DNA of 63,985 nucleotides, filler included, from Octopus bimaculoides (taxonomy: Eukaryota), in the NCBI RefSeq assembly GCF_001194135.2. It is 7 parts of 5 records of this genome, joined end to end, with 100 filler letters (N's around TTAATTAATTAA, not from the genome) between each part and the next. Parts side by side here need not be neighbours in the genome. Positions count along the whole stretch, not along the records: positions 1 to 26,058 come from NC_068986.1; 6 more parts are not named here. One strand, 5' to 3'. Made by a program: the position numbers and the translations under genes. Shown piece after piece: positions 1 through 11,138 of this stretch (within the stretch, counting starts at the first letter, position 1; each line of letters begins with the position of its first letter). The notes under the pieces are model-generated. The model was given only the letters and a program-made list of their open reading frames with translations, had not been told where the DNA came from and did not search any database.

Positions 1-348
1 TTCCAGTTGATCCGATCAACGGAACAGCCTGCTCGTGAAATTAACGTGCAAGTGGCTGAGCACTCCACTGACACGTGTACCCTTAACGTAGTTCTCGGGG
101 ATATTCAGCGGGACACAGTGTGACAAGGCTAACCCTTTGAAATACAGGTACAACAGAAACAGGAAGTAAGAGTGAGAGAAAGTTGTGGTGAAAGAGTACA
201 GCAGGGTTTGCCACCATCCCCTGCCGGAGCCTCGTGGAGCTTTAGGTGTTTTCACTCAATAAACACTCACAACGCCCGGTCTGGGAATCGAAACCACGCT
301 CCTATGACCGCGAGTCCGCTGCCCTAACCACTGGGCCATTGCGCCTCC
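1..348 (-). mobile_element. tRNA-headed SINE family C
   Basis: Head gcgcaatggcccagtggttagggcagcgg...ggtttcgattccc (A/B boxes), tail gttccgttgatcggatcaactggaa. Confidence 0.85.
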
Positions 349-756
349 ACTGTTCTTTCGTAGACCTCTGAAAGTTCAAGTAAAAAGTGGTATATCAAGG
401 GAAATAAGTCGTAAGAACTGTAATAATTAATTATCTCCCTTACACTACAAGGCAGTTTATTGCTTGTTGCCATCGAATTCGTTTAGTGGATTCAGTCGGA
501 GAATGCTGGTGCACCACATGTATAAATTATGACGATCATATCAACCTCCGTACTTATTGTAGTCTACTAGCTATTCCACCAGTCTTTATTTGTCGAAATG
601 GTTGCGGAACGCGGTATAAACACGCTACTGGAATTACACCACGCGCTCGCACACATCCCGTAACGTGTCACGAGAGTAATGGATCCATCAAAAACGATGT
701 AACGTGAAAACCTGTAACACGAAATTAATATCCCCATTGATTTTTAAAATATAATA

Positions 757-2053
757 CGAGGGGTGTCTGAAAAGTATTGAGCCTAACCTAGAATCTGGGC
801 TGCTATATAGTTGAAACAATTTTTTCTGGTAAGTACAGTCTTTTCGGAGTATTCTTGCTCATTTTCATGATTCTGATATTTCAATTTTTTTATTTGTTGC
901 AGACTTTTGAATAAACAAGCTTCGAATTTACAAGGAAAATGGAGAAAACTGAGTATCGTGCTGTCATAAAGTAGCTTCATTTGAAAGCATTACTCCATGA
1001 GAAATCCATGAAGATATGGTGAGAACCTTAACAAACAATGCTCCTTCATATGCAACAGTCAAACGCTGGGTAAATGAATTCAAGCGTGGCAGGGAGAGTG
1101 TGGAAGATGATCCAAGACCAGGGAGACCTCCAACTGCAACCACCAACGACAACCTTGACCTTGCTTTTGGTATGATAATGCAGGATTGTCAAATATCATG
1201 TCGTCAGATAGTCGAGAGACTGGGCATCTCAACTGAAAGAGCAGACAACATTGTGACAAAAGAACTTGGGTTCTCAAAGGTTTCTGCAAGGTGGGTCCCT
1301 CGCCTTTTGACTCCCGAACAGAAACGCACCAGGTGCATTTTGTCCACGAGCAATCTGGAACTGTTTGACGCTGATGAAGAGAGTTTTCTTGCTCGTTTCA
1401 TTACTATGGACGAAAGTTGGGTTCATCACTACCAGCCGGAAACCAAAGAACAATCAAAGCAGTGGAAGCACACATCCTCTCCTACCCCAAAGATGGCCAG
1501 GGTCATTCCTTCAGCTGGCAAGGTCATGGCGTCCATTTTTTGGGATTCTCAAGGTGTCTTGCTGATCGATTACCTTGAAAAGGGTCACACCATGACAAGG
1601 CTGTATTATTCTCAGCTACTGAAACGCCTCCGAGAAGCAATCAAAGAAAAAAGACCGGGAATGCTCACCAGAGGAGTCCTTTTTCATCACGACAATGCTC
1701 CAGCCCACACCTCAGTTGTTGCCATGGCAACAGTTCGTGATTGTGGATACGAACTTGTTCTCTATTTGCCTTATTCGGCAGACTTAGCCACCTCTGACTT
1801 TCATCTATTTCCAAAAATGATAAAAGCCCTGGCTGGTCGCCATTTTGCCAGTGACAATGACGTCATAAACGTTGTAGGAAGTTTCTTGGAGTCCCAAACG
1901 AAAGAGTTCTTCTACGCGGGGATAATGGCGCTTCAGCACCGCTGGAGAAAGTGTTCAGCCATCGAGGGGGACTATGTTGAAAAATAAATAATCAGAAGTC
2001 TTGTACCATGTTTTTGTTTTTTTTGAGGCTCAAGACTTTTCAGACACCCATCG
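757..2053 (+). mobile_element. Full-length mariner (DD34D) DNA transposon, ~1.3 kb
   Basis: ~28-bp imperfect TIRs (cgaggggtgtctgaaaagtattgagcct / aggctcaagacttttcagacacccatcg), TA on both flanks, transposase with WVPRLL, TMDESWVH, HHDNAPAH, YSADLATSD. Confidence 0.95.
939..1987 (+). pseudogene. Mariner transposase pseudogene (323-aa open remainder 1016-1987)
   Basis: ATG at 939, TAG at 972-974, -1 frameshift before 1016. Catalytic D,D34D is intact. Confidence 0.9.
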
Positions 2054-2531
2054 TATATTCTGACGATTGACAAGAGAAAGCAACAAAAAAAAAACACCTA
2101 CACAGTCACTTTTATGCACGAAAATAACAATTTCTAAATATATACAAAACAATGACACTTCTTTTGTTATGATGACAAAGTTTCCAGTCGATCCAATCAA
2201 CGGAACAGCCAGCTCATGAAATTAACGTGCAAGTAGCTGAGCATTCCACAGACATGCGTACCCTTAGTTCTCAAGGAGATTCAGCGTGACACAGAATGTG
2301 ACATGGCTGGCCCTTTGAAATACAGGTACTAATAATTTTTGTCAGCAGAGTGGATGGAGCAACGTGAAATATAATGTTTTGCTCAAGGACGCACAGGGCT
2401 CTGCTGGGAATGGAACTCACGACCTTACGATCGTGACCCAAATACCTCAACCACTAAGCTACGCGCCTTCATACACTGTACAGCATGTATACATAAAACA
2501 TTTCGAGTTAAATAAGTTACGATCATAATAA

Positions 2532-2903
2532 GGAGTGGCTGTGTGGTAAGTAGCATGCTTACCAGCCACATGGCTCCGGGTTCAGTCCCACTGCGTGGCA
2601 CCTTGGGCAAGTGTCTTCTACTATAGCATCGGGCCGACCAAAGCCTTGTGGATGGATTTGGTAGACGGAAACTGAAAAGAAGCCCGTCGTATATATATAT
2701 GTGTGTGTGTCTGTGTTTGACCCCACAACATCGCTTGACAACCGATGCTGGTGTGTTTACGTCCCCGTAACTTAGCGGTTCGGCAAAAGAGACCGATAGA
2801 ATAAGTACTAGGCTTACAAAGAATAAGCCCTGGGTTCGATTTGTTCGACTAAAGGCGGTGCTCCAGCATGGCCGCAGTCAAATGACTGAAACAAGTAAAA
2901 GAG
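2532..2903 (+). mobile_element. tRNA-headed SINE family A, full-length
   Basis: ggagtggctgtgtggtaag head with B-box-like ggttcagtccc, ccttgggcaag core, central (TA/GT)n, tail gactgaaacaagtaaaaga. Confidence 0.85.
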
Positions 2904-3179
2904 TAACTCTCTTATAAGTAGAGATAGAATGAGAGTTACTGTGAGGGCGATGCTCACTATTTTCTGTCTTACAGTTCATCATCAATATCTCCTTAAAGGG
3001 GCAAAGAACTTATCCAAAATTGTTTGATGTTTATGGTGCATTATTTCTGTATAGTTCAGTGTAGGAACTGACGTCATTGTAAACTCCTCTTGAAATTTTT
3101 CTTACGTTCACCATTAGGGTTGTAATTAACAAAAACTTACAGACCTTCCTCTATGAGGAACGTCTGTAAGTTTTTTGTA

Positions 3180-3355
3180 CTGTTGTTGTTGTTGTTGCTC
3201 TTATTGTTTTTGCTGCTGCCGTTGCTCTTGCTATAGGCGGACACCACCTCTGCCTCATAGACTACGGCCTCAGAGTTGCACCGACCATTCCCTGGACATT
3301 CACTGTTAAACCTACTTGAGCATCCTGCCTCAGTGCAGGGTTTAAGGGCGTTCAC
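3180..3355 (-). mobile_element. Penelope-like element fragment (Cys motif / GIY-YIG start)
   Basis: CSSRFNSECPGNGRCNSEAVVYEAEV resembles CNCRxxxxCPLxGxC...VVYxA. Confidence 0.6.
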
Positions 3356-3492
3356 TAAAATCTTTTTAACAGTTAGTTCAAGAGCGCTTCCCTTTCACCC
3401 CTGCCAAAACCATTAGAAAACAAAAAATGTTAATTCATTCAGTTATAAACATCCATAGATAAAAAAAAAAGTTTGCTTGTTTTAAATATTTC

Positions 3493-3498
3493 TTTATT
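3493..3498 (-). terminator. Candidate polyadenylation signal AATAAA of the CCDC154-like gene
   Basis: AATAAA 27 nt downstream of the stop codon on the minus strand. Confidence 0.45.
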
Positions 3499-3525
3499 CT
3501 ACATGATTCTCCAGTTAATTCTTCT

Positions 3526-3589
3526 TCATCGTGAACGCAATCTTCTTCTATATACAGGTTTCAGCCATTCTCTTTTCCATGACAACCAT
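3526..3589 (-). CDS. CCDC154: CCDC154-like terminal coding exon, [20 protein letters not shown]
   Basis: Strong acceptor tttccctttttttttaacgttccag, phase 2 matches, TGA at 3528-3526. Confidence 0.85.
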
Positions 3590-6500
3590 CTGGAACGTTA
3601 AAAAAAAAGGGAAAAAATTAGCCATAGTATTAGAACATAAAGGCGGCAAGATGGCAGAATTGTTAATACGCCCGAGCAAACTGCCTAGCGGCATTTAGTC
3701 TGTCTTTACATTCTGAGTTCAAATGCCGCCAAGGTCAGCTTTGCCTTTCATCCTTTCTGGATCGATAAAATAAGTACCAGCTAAACACTGGGGTCGATAC
3801 AATCGACTTACCCCTTGCCCGAAATTGCTGGCCTTGTATCACAATTTGAAATCGATATTATTTAGGACATAAAAAGGTATTAAAATATGCTGAGGCTAGT
3901 TTAGTCAAAGGCAACTTGCAGGCCGGGGACTTTCTGAATGGCACACTTAACAAAAAATTATTTTGAATATTTTAGCTGTATGGCCCGACAGATGATGAAT
4001 CATGTCTCATGCGGCCCGCTTCTCGAAAGAGGTTACCTACGCCTGTTCTAGTTCATGTCTTGTACCGTACGAAACTAAACAGTACATAATGTAGAATAAA
4101 GAATATACAAACATTATATAAATGAATCTAGTACAGTAATCACTCGCCACATTGCACATTGCTTATTGTGCACTCAGTACATCGCAGAGTTTTCTGGCTA
4201 ATATATGTAAATTTATATCGCAGACTCCTCAGTATATCGTGGGATTCTGCGGCCGATAGGTATATATATATATTTTTAGATTTTAATTATTTCTGTGGTA
4301 AAATAAGCATTTTCATGCTTAAAAATTAATAAATAAAATACAATACAGTACTGCGCAGAAGTAACACATTAATTAAATATATTAAAAGAAAATATGTAGT
4401 GTACTGTAGATGAGTAAACAAAGAATCGCACATACTGTATGGAAAACGAAACTCCTAAGAGTGTGGGGAGAGTTTATAAAAGCTTAAATATATAACAATA
4501 ATAAAATAAATGTATACAAATTATTTAAAAAATGATAATAAATATACAGTACAGTACTGTTTCTACTTCGCGGATTTCCACCTTTTGATGGTGTTTATGT
4601 CAGAGTTGTGGAGTCATCTAAAGGTTGGCTCCTTCAGAAGGCTGTAATATCATTTGATAGGAACACGGTACAAAGAAANNNNNNNNNNTATATATAAGTT
4701 GGATGATAAATGGAAAGGATTTGATGCGTAGAGGCCATGTTCTTCTGTGCGTTACTTCATGTCTGCTAAACGCCGTGTGTCGTAAAAGAGCCAACTAGAT
4801 CATGTCCTTGCTCTACGACATCTAGATGTCAAAAGAGGAAGTCGCAAGGCCTCGTGTCAGAATCTCATCGCTGCTTGTGCCATCTAGTGCGAGCTTGTTT
4901 AAACCTGCTGTCAAAGGAGGTAACTGCACCTACACACCTAACGCATGAGGTTTTGGAACGTAACACTCGCGAGAGTCGAGGGATTACACTCTTAAGGCGA
5001 CGAGCTGGCAAATTTGAAATCAATTATTAATTTAGACTAAGGTGGCGAGGTGGAAGAATCGTTAGCACGCTGAGTAAAATGCTTAGCGGCATCTCGTCCG
5101 TCTTTACGCCCTTAGTTCAAATTCCACTGAGGTCGACATTGTCTGTCATCCTTTCGGAGTTGAGTACTGGGGTCAATGTAATCAACTCACTCCCTCCAAC
5201 GAACTTCCTAGCCTTGTACCAAAATTTGAAATTTGAAAGATTGAGGTGACGAGCTGGGAGAATCGTTTGCACGCCGAGCAAAATACTTAGCGGCATCTAG
5301 TCCGTCATTATGTTCTGAGTTCAAATTCTGTCGAGGTCGACTTTGCTTTTCATCCCTTTCGGGGTCATTGCAACGAGTACCATTTCAGTACTGACTTCGA
5401 TATACTGGACTAGCACCCCACTCCAAATTTCAGGCCTTGTGCCTATTTTTTAAATTTATTTATGCGCCCTTTTCAAGCCTAGCCAGGCTCATGGGTCCGG
5501 TTTCCCGGTTTTTGTGGCGTATGTGTTCTCCCCAGGTGGACGGGACGCCAGTCCATCGTAGCGTTACTCAAGAAACAGGAAGAAAAGGTGACAGAAAGTT
5601 GGGGCGAAAGAATACAACAGGGGTCGCCACCATCCCCTGCCGGAGCCTCGTGGAGCTTTNNNNNNNNNNATTGAGGTGACGAGCTGGGAGAATCGTTTGC
5701 ACGCCGAGCAAAATACTTAGCGGCATCTAGTCCGTCATTATGTTCTGAGTTCAAATTCTGTCGAGGTCGACTTTGCTTTTCATCCCTTTCGGGGTCATTG
5801 CAACGAGTACCATTTCAGTACTGACTTCGATATACTGGACTAGCACCCCACTCCAAATTTCAGGCCTTGTGCCTATTTTTTAAATTTATTTATGCGCCCT
5901 TTTCAAGCCTAGCCAGGCTCATGGGTCCGGTTTCCCGGTTTTTGTGGCGTATGTGTTCTCCCCAGGTGGACGGGACGCCAGTCCATCGTAGCGTTACTCA
6001 AGAAACAGGAAGAAAAGGTGACAGAAAGTTGGGGCGAAAGAATACAACAGGGGTCGCCACCATCCCCTGCCGGAGCCTCGTGGAGCTTTTAGGTGTTTTC
6101 GCTCAATAAACACACACAACGTCCGGTCTGGGAATCGAAACCGCGATCCTCCGACCGCGAGTCCGCTGCCCTAGCCACTGGGCCATTGCGCCTCCATGCC
6201 TATTAGTAGAAGGAATTATTAATTTAGACATGAGAATAAACAGCAACAAATAACATGATGAGAATCAAACAATTGTAGAGGAAAGTACCTGTAGGCTGTG
6301 TATATTGTCCATTTGTTAATATCAGCGGTGAGGGGCAGTTTTTCATCAATCCATGCCTTGACAAAGATCCTGGGTCGCTTACCAACGATTGGTTCTATCA
6401 TAGCACGGATTCTAATGAGTTCATTTTGAAGACTTTTCACTTCGGACACTCTCTGTGTGAATAAAGAATTCAGAGAGTAATTAATATGTATGTGTAATAT

Positions 6501-6598
6501 ACGTGCAAGTGTATATGTATGCATGTGAGTATGTGTGTGTCTGCATGTATATATATATGGGTATATCAATAAGTATGTCTATATATACATACATACGC

Positions 6599-6629
<31 letters not shown>

Positions 6630-6790
6630 TGTATGTATGTATGTATGTATGTATATATTTCCACTGAGTGTCAATCTAATATATTCACTGTGTACGTCCA
6701 ATCAGCTTTTGTCGTTTTCTACTTTTTTTTGCTCTTAAATTTGCCTCTGTATGTGTGTGTGTGTGTGTATTTGTAGATTTACACACATAT

Positions 6791-6824
<34 letters not shown>

Positions 6825-8376
6825 GAACACCCCCACCATCAAAATGAGCTAAGGGAAATAACGCAGAATGGCCAATGCTACGAATTTAGACAAACTAAAA
6901 AACAATCATGTTATACTAAATACCATACAAAATACATTCTAGGTATATCGAAACTATCTTCTCTTCGAGAGAAAACAAACAAACGCCTATGGCAATTGAG
7001 ACCAACTCTAAATGAGGAGGGGTTATGATCTCAAGGATCAAGAACTAGCCAGTATTGACGTGCTATTAATGAAAAGGGACAAGAGAACACCTGTGGAACG
7101 TATTCTTGCCTCAATGGGCGTCATTAGCACAGTTCTTTTCCTACCTTTATATGTCACACCTAAGACATACATATACAAAAAGAGTAGATACACATATATG
7201 CACGTGTATAATGTAGTTTCAGTTACTTATTTAGCATATAGCATGCATCTATATATGTTTGTGTTTGATTTCAGATCATCAAAATGGAATGTCAAGTTAA
7301 GAAAAACGAGCATTTTCGACACCTCCTTCTTTTTGCTTTTAATCAAGATTCTAAAGTCGCAAAAGCTGCTTGCGACATTTGTGCTGTGTATGGAGAGGGT
7401 TCCATATCTGAAAGAACCGCTCGTGATTGGTATACCAAGTTCAAAAATGGAAATTTTGACCTCAAAGACGCACCTCGTTCTGGCTGTCCAGTTGAGTTCG
7501 ATGAAGAGTGATTAAACCAACTTTTGCATGAAAATTCTCGTCAGACGACAAGGGAACTGGCAGAGAAAATGGAATGCTCCCACACTGCTATAGAGAAACA
7601 TCTTCACTCGATGGGAAAGGTTCAGAAGTATAGAACATGGGTTCTGCATGCTTTCAGTGACAACAACAAAAATCAGCGCTCATCACCGCTCAACTCATGG
7701 ACACATGCAACGATTATTTTACCGAATCATTACTGGCGACGTAAAATGGTGCCTGTACATCAATATGAAGCAGCGTAAGGAATGGCTTAGTCCCGGTAAA
7801 CAAGCGACACCGCGCGTGAAACAAGATCTTCATCCGCGTAAAACGACATTGTGCGTATGGTGAGACTGGGAAGGGATTATCCATTACGAATTGCTTGAAC
7901 GGAACCAAACGGTCAACACAGAACTCTATGTTCAACAGATAGAACGACTCAACACAGCTTTTCAAGAGAAAAGACCTAATTGTCAGCACGGAGTTCTTCT
8001 GCTGCACGACAACGCCCGCCTTCATATCGCCAATATGACCAAGGAAGCCATTCAAACACATGGCTAGGAAGTGCTGCCACACCCGCCGTACTCTCCTGAT
8101 TTGGCAACAACGGATTTCCACCTCTTTCGATCTCTTTCAAATGCTATGCACGCAGTTTCGTTCAATACTGATGCAGAATTGAGAGCTTGGTTGGATCAAT
8201 TTTTCGAGTCGAAATCAGGTGATTTCTACCCACGAGGTATTGAAAATCTTATCGAACGTTGGGAAGAAGTTGTAAACAACAAGGGTGAATACATTATTGA
8301 TTAATTAGTTGTTACTTTTTATTAAGCTTTTTAAAAAATTAAAATTTAAAAAAACGGCGGGAACTTAGTTGGCAAC

Positions 8377-8414
<38 letters not shown>

Positions 8415-8945
8415 CAAGCCACCTGCTACCTGCCTGTTGTGTTTAAAAACCTGGTGAAGGGTGTTGGTAATAACATATCGAACCTGTCCTCGAATGAAAA
8501 CATTTGCGTCGCTGCAGCCTCCTATTACAACGAGGTGGATGTGAAGTCTGGGACCCACAAGAGAAAGCGCCACCGTAAGGTCACTTGGTTTGCCCCACCA
8601 TTCTCACTCAACGTCAAAACCTGCACGGGGAGGATCTTCCTTAGATTAGTAGATAAGCACATCATGCAATGGACGATCGTTGTTAATCATGGCCTGGATC
8701 TCACCAACAAATTCAGGAGTTCTTTTCTTATCAGAGTGAGTTTTGCGAGCTGACCTACATTCGTAGTCACCATTAGACTCCTCCAACGCTTTCCGAATCA
8801 TCTGCACTGTCCTCAGATTGACACCCAAACACTCTGAAATATTCGTATCGGAGCCTCCGGCGTGAATGCCAAGCAGTACAACATGTCGTTTCCAAATTTC
8901 TGGCAGAGTGAAGTGCGTCATGGTGCTGTTTTTCTNNNNNNNNNN

Positions 8946-8993
<48 letters not shown>

Positions 8994-11095
8994 ATACATA
9001 CATACATACGTGTGTGTGTGTGTTGTGTGCAGTTCTAACACAATGTCCAGTCTTACTACAAACTTGTGTAAACCTGCATTTTATTGCGCTGTCCTTCAGA
9101 TTATTTCTTTTATTCATATTCGATCTACCCGTCCGATATTTATCGATATGATTGAACGGAGTGGGAGACTTGGTAGAGCGAGTGATAAATATTCTTTATC
9201 TTATTCAGCTTATGGTCTTTTTTGTGTTCTTCTGCGTTCGTATCTCGCTGGGATTTTTGTTGTTCTATTCTTCTCGGGTAGATAAAATAAAACACTGGCC
9301 AGTACTTAGGTTGATATTATCGACCATAAGTCTCTCGAGTTTAATCTTTCTGTTGAAATGATTAATACAGAACAACAACGTTCTTAAGGCCATTAATATT
9401 CGAGGCCTTCTCGATCTCATCTTCGTAATATAGGTTTGATAGTAGTATCATTATTGCAGTATTATGCAGCGGAAGGCGAGGTATGAGACATTATGATGCA
9501 ATTGATAAAATCAGCATCACCTGATTTAAAATTGATTAACAATTAAATTCAGGCTATAGCCATAGTTTACCCCACTGGTGCTGTATCTGTGATTTAAATT
9601 CATTATTAAGCTTTGTGTTTTTTGTGTGGTATTCTATACGGGAGTGAAGACGCATGGTTTAGTGGTTAGTAAAGAAGTTATAGGTTTCCGGCCAGCAGGG
9701 CAGGTCTGGTGCGTCACTTACATTGCTAGGTGCAGTAATAGACGTGAGATGTATGTATGTATGCATGTATGTATATAAATATGTATGTGAAGGTGCGTGG
9801 TTTAGTGGTTTAGTGGTTAGGGTATTCTGTTCATGATCGCAAGGTCGCGAGTTCAATTCCCGGCGACGCAATGTGTCCGTGAGCAAGACACTCTATTTCA
9901 TGTTGCTCCAGTTCACCCAGCTGGTAAAAATGAGTAGTACCTGTATTGCAAAGGTCTAGCCATGTCACACTCTGTGTCACGTGGAATTTCCCTGAGAACT
10001 ACTTTAAGGGTACATATGTCTGTGGAGTGCTCAGCCACATGCACGTTAATTTCACGAGCAGGCTGTTCCGTTGATTGAATCAGCTGGAACCCTCGCCGTC
10101 GTAACCGACGGAGTACCAATAATTTGTAGAGGATGGTGCTGTTGTCTACTTGTTATTCTGTTTAGTTTTGTTTCGTGTTCTGTGTTGTTATTTGCTGTAA
10201 TAATGTATTGGAAACAAACTAGTTTTTACAGTTTAACAATATAAAATATGGCGACGATGATTTTATTAGTTTCAGCATAATTCCTACGACCCTTTGCCGC
10301 CAACCACAAAAAGTGCAGCTCTGCTGTCACCACCATCACCACTTCAACAAGAAAATGAGACCGAAACGGTTTCAAAATGTTAATAGATTTAAGAATGTCT
10401 TTATTAATGCAAACTTAGCATAAAGAAATAATGAGATGAAAAAAGCCATGAAGAAAAAGGATTCAAGTCGACCGCAGTTATTTCTTTACAGAACACACAC
10501 ACATTCGCACACACCCATATAAATACGCACATGCATGCGCGCGAGCATACATATATATGACCCTAGCCGTCACTCGCAAGCGAGCATGACTGGGTAGTCT
10601 GAACCAAGGTTCAATTGTTTTAGGCATCTGTGTTTGCCTGTTACTGCATAGGAACCTAAAACAATTAGCGACCCTTCTCCTCCTTGTCTCAAGGATATAG
10701 CAGCTGGAGGGAGAAAGAGGTGCATTCGCTCTAGGCTGGTGTTCATTTCCAGCTGTGTATGGAATGGAGCAACATGAGATGAAATGCCTTGCTCAAGGTC
10801 ACAACATGTCACTTGGTCCAGAAATTGAATCAGTGACCTTATACTCGTAAGCCTAACACCTAACCACAACCATTTGGCCATCAGTATACACACGTACAAG
10901 CATACATAAATACATACACACATACATACATACATACGTACGGACTTCATATGTTTTCAAGGAAAACTAGCTGGAAGTTATGTAACTTTAAGATATTACA
11001 AATATGTTCAGCTTTGTGTTTCTTCCGGTACTTTTACCTGCTGATTACAATATATACATACGTACATTGAAAAAATACACAAATACGTTCGTACA

Positions 11096-11138
<43 letters not shown>

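Noticed and set aside
320-348. tRNA-like A/B box sequences at many positions
   Set aside because: They are SINE heads with no complete cloverleaf; no true tRNA gene supported
5243-6088. Near-identical ~420-bp direct duplication (5243-5659 and 5692-6088)
   Set aside because: The copies are separated by a 10-N gap, which is typical of unmerged overlapping contig ends; probably an assembly artefact
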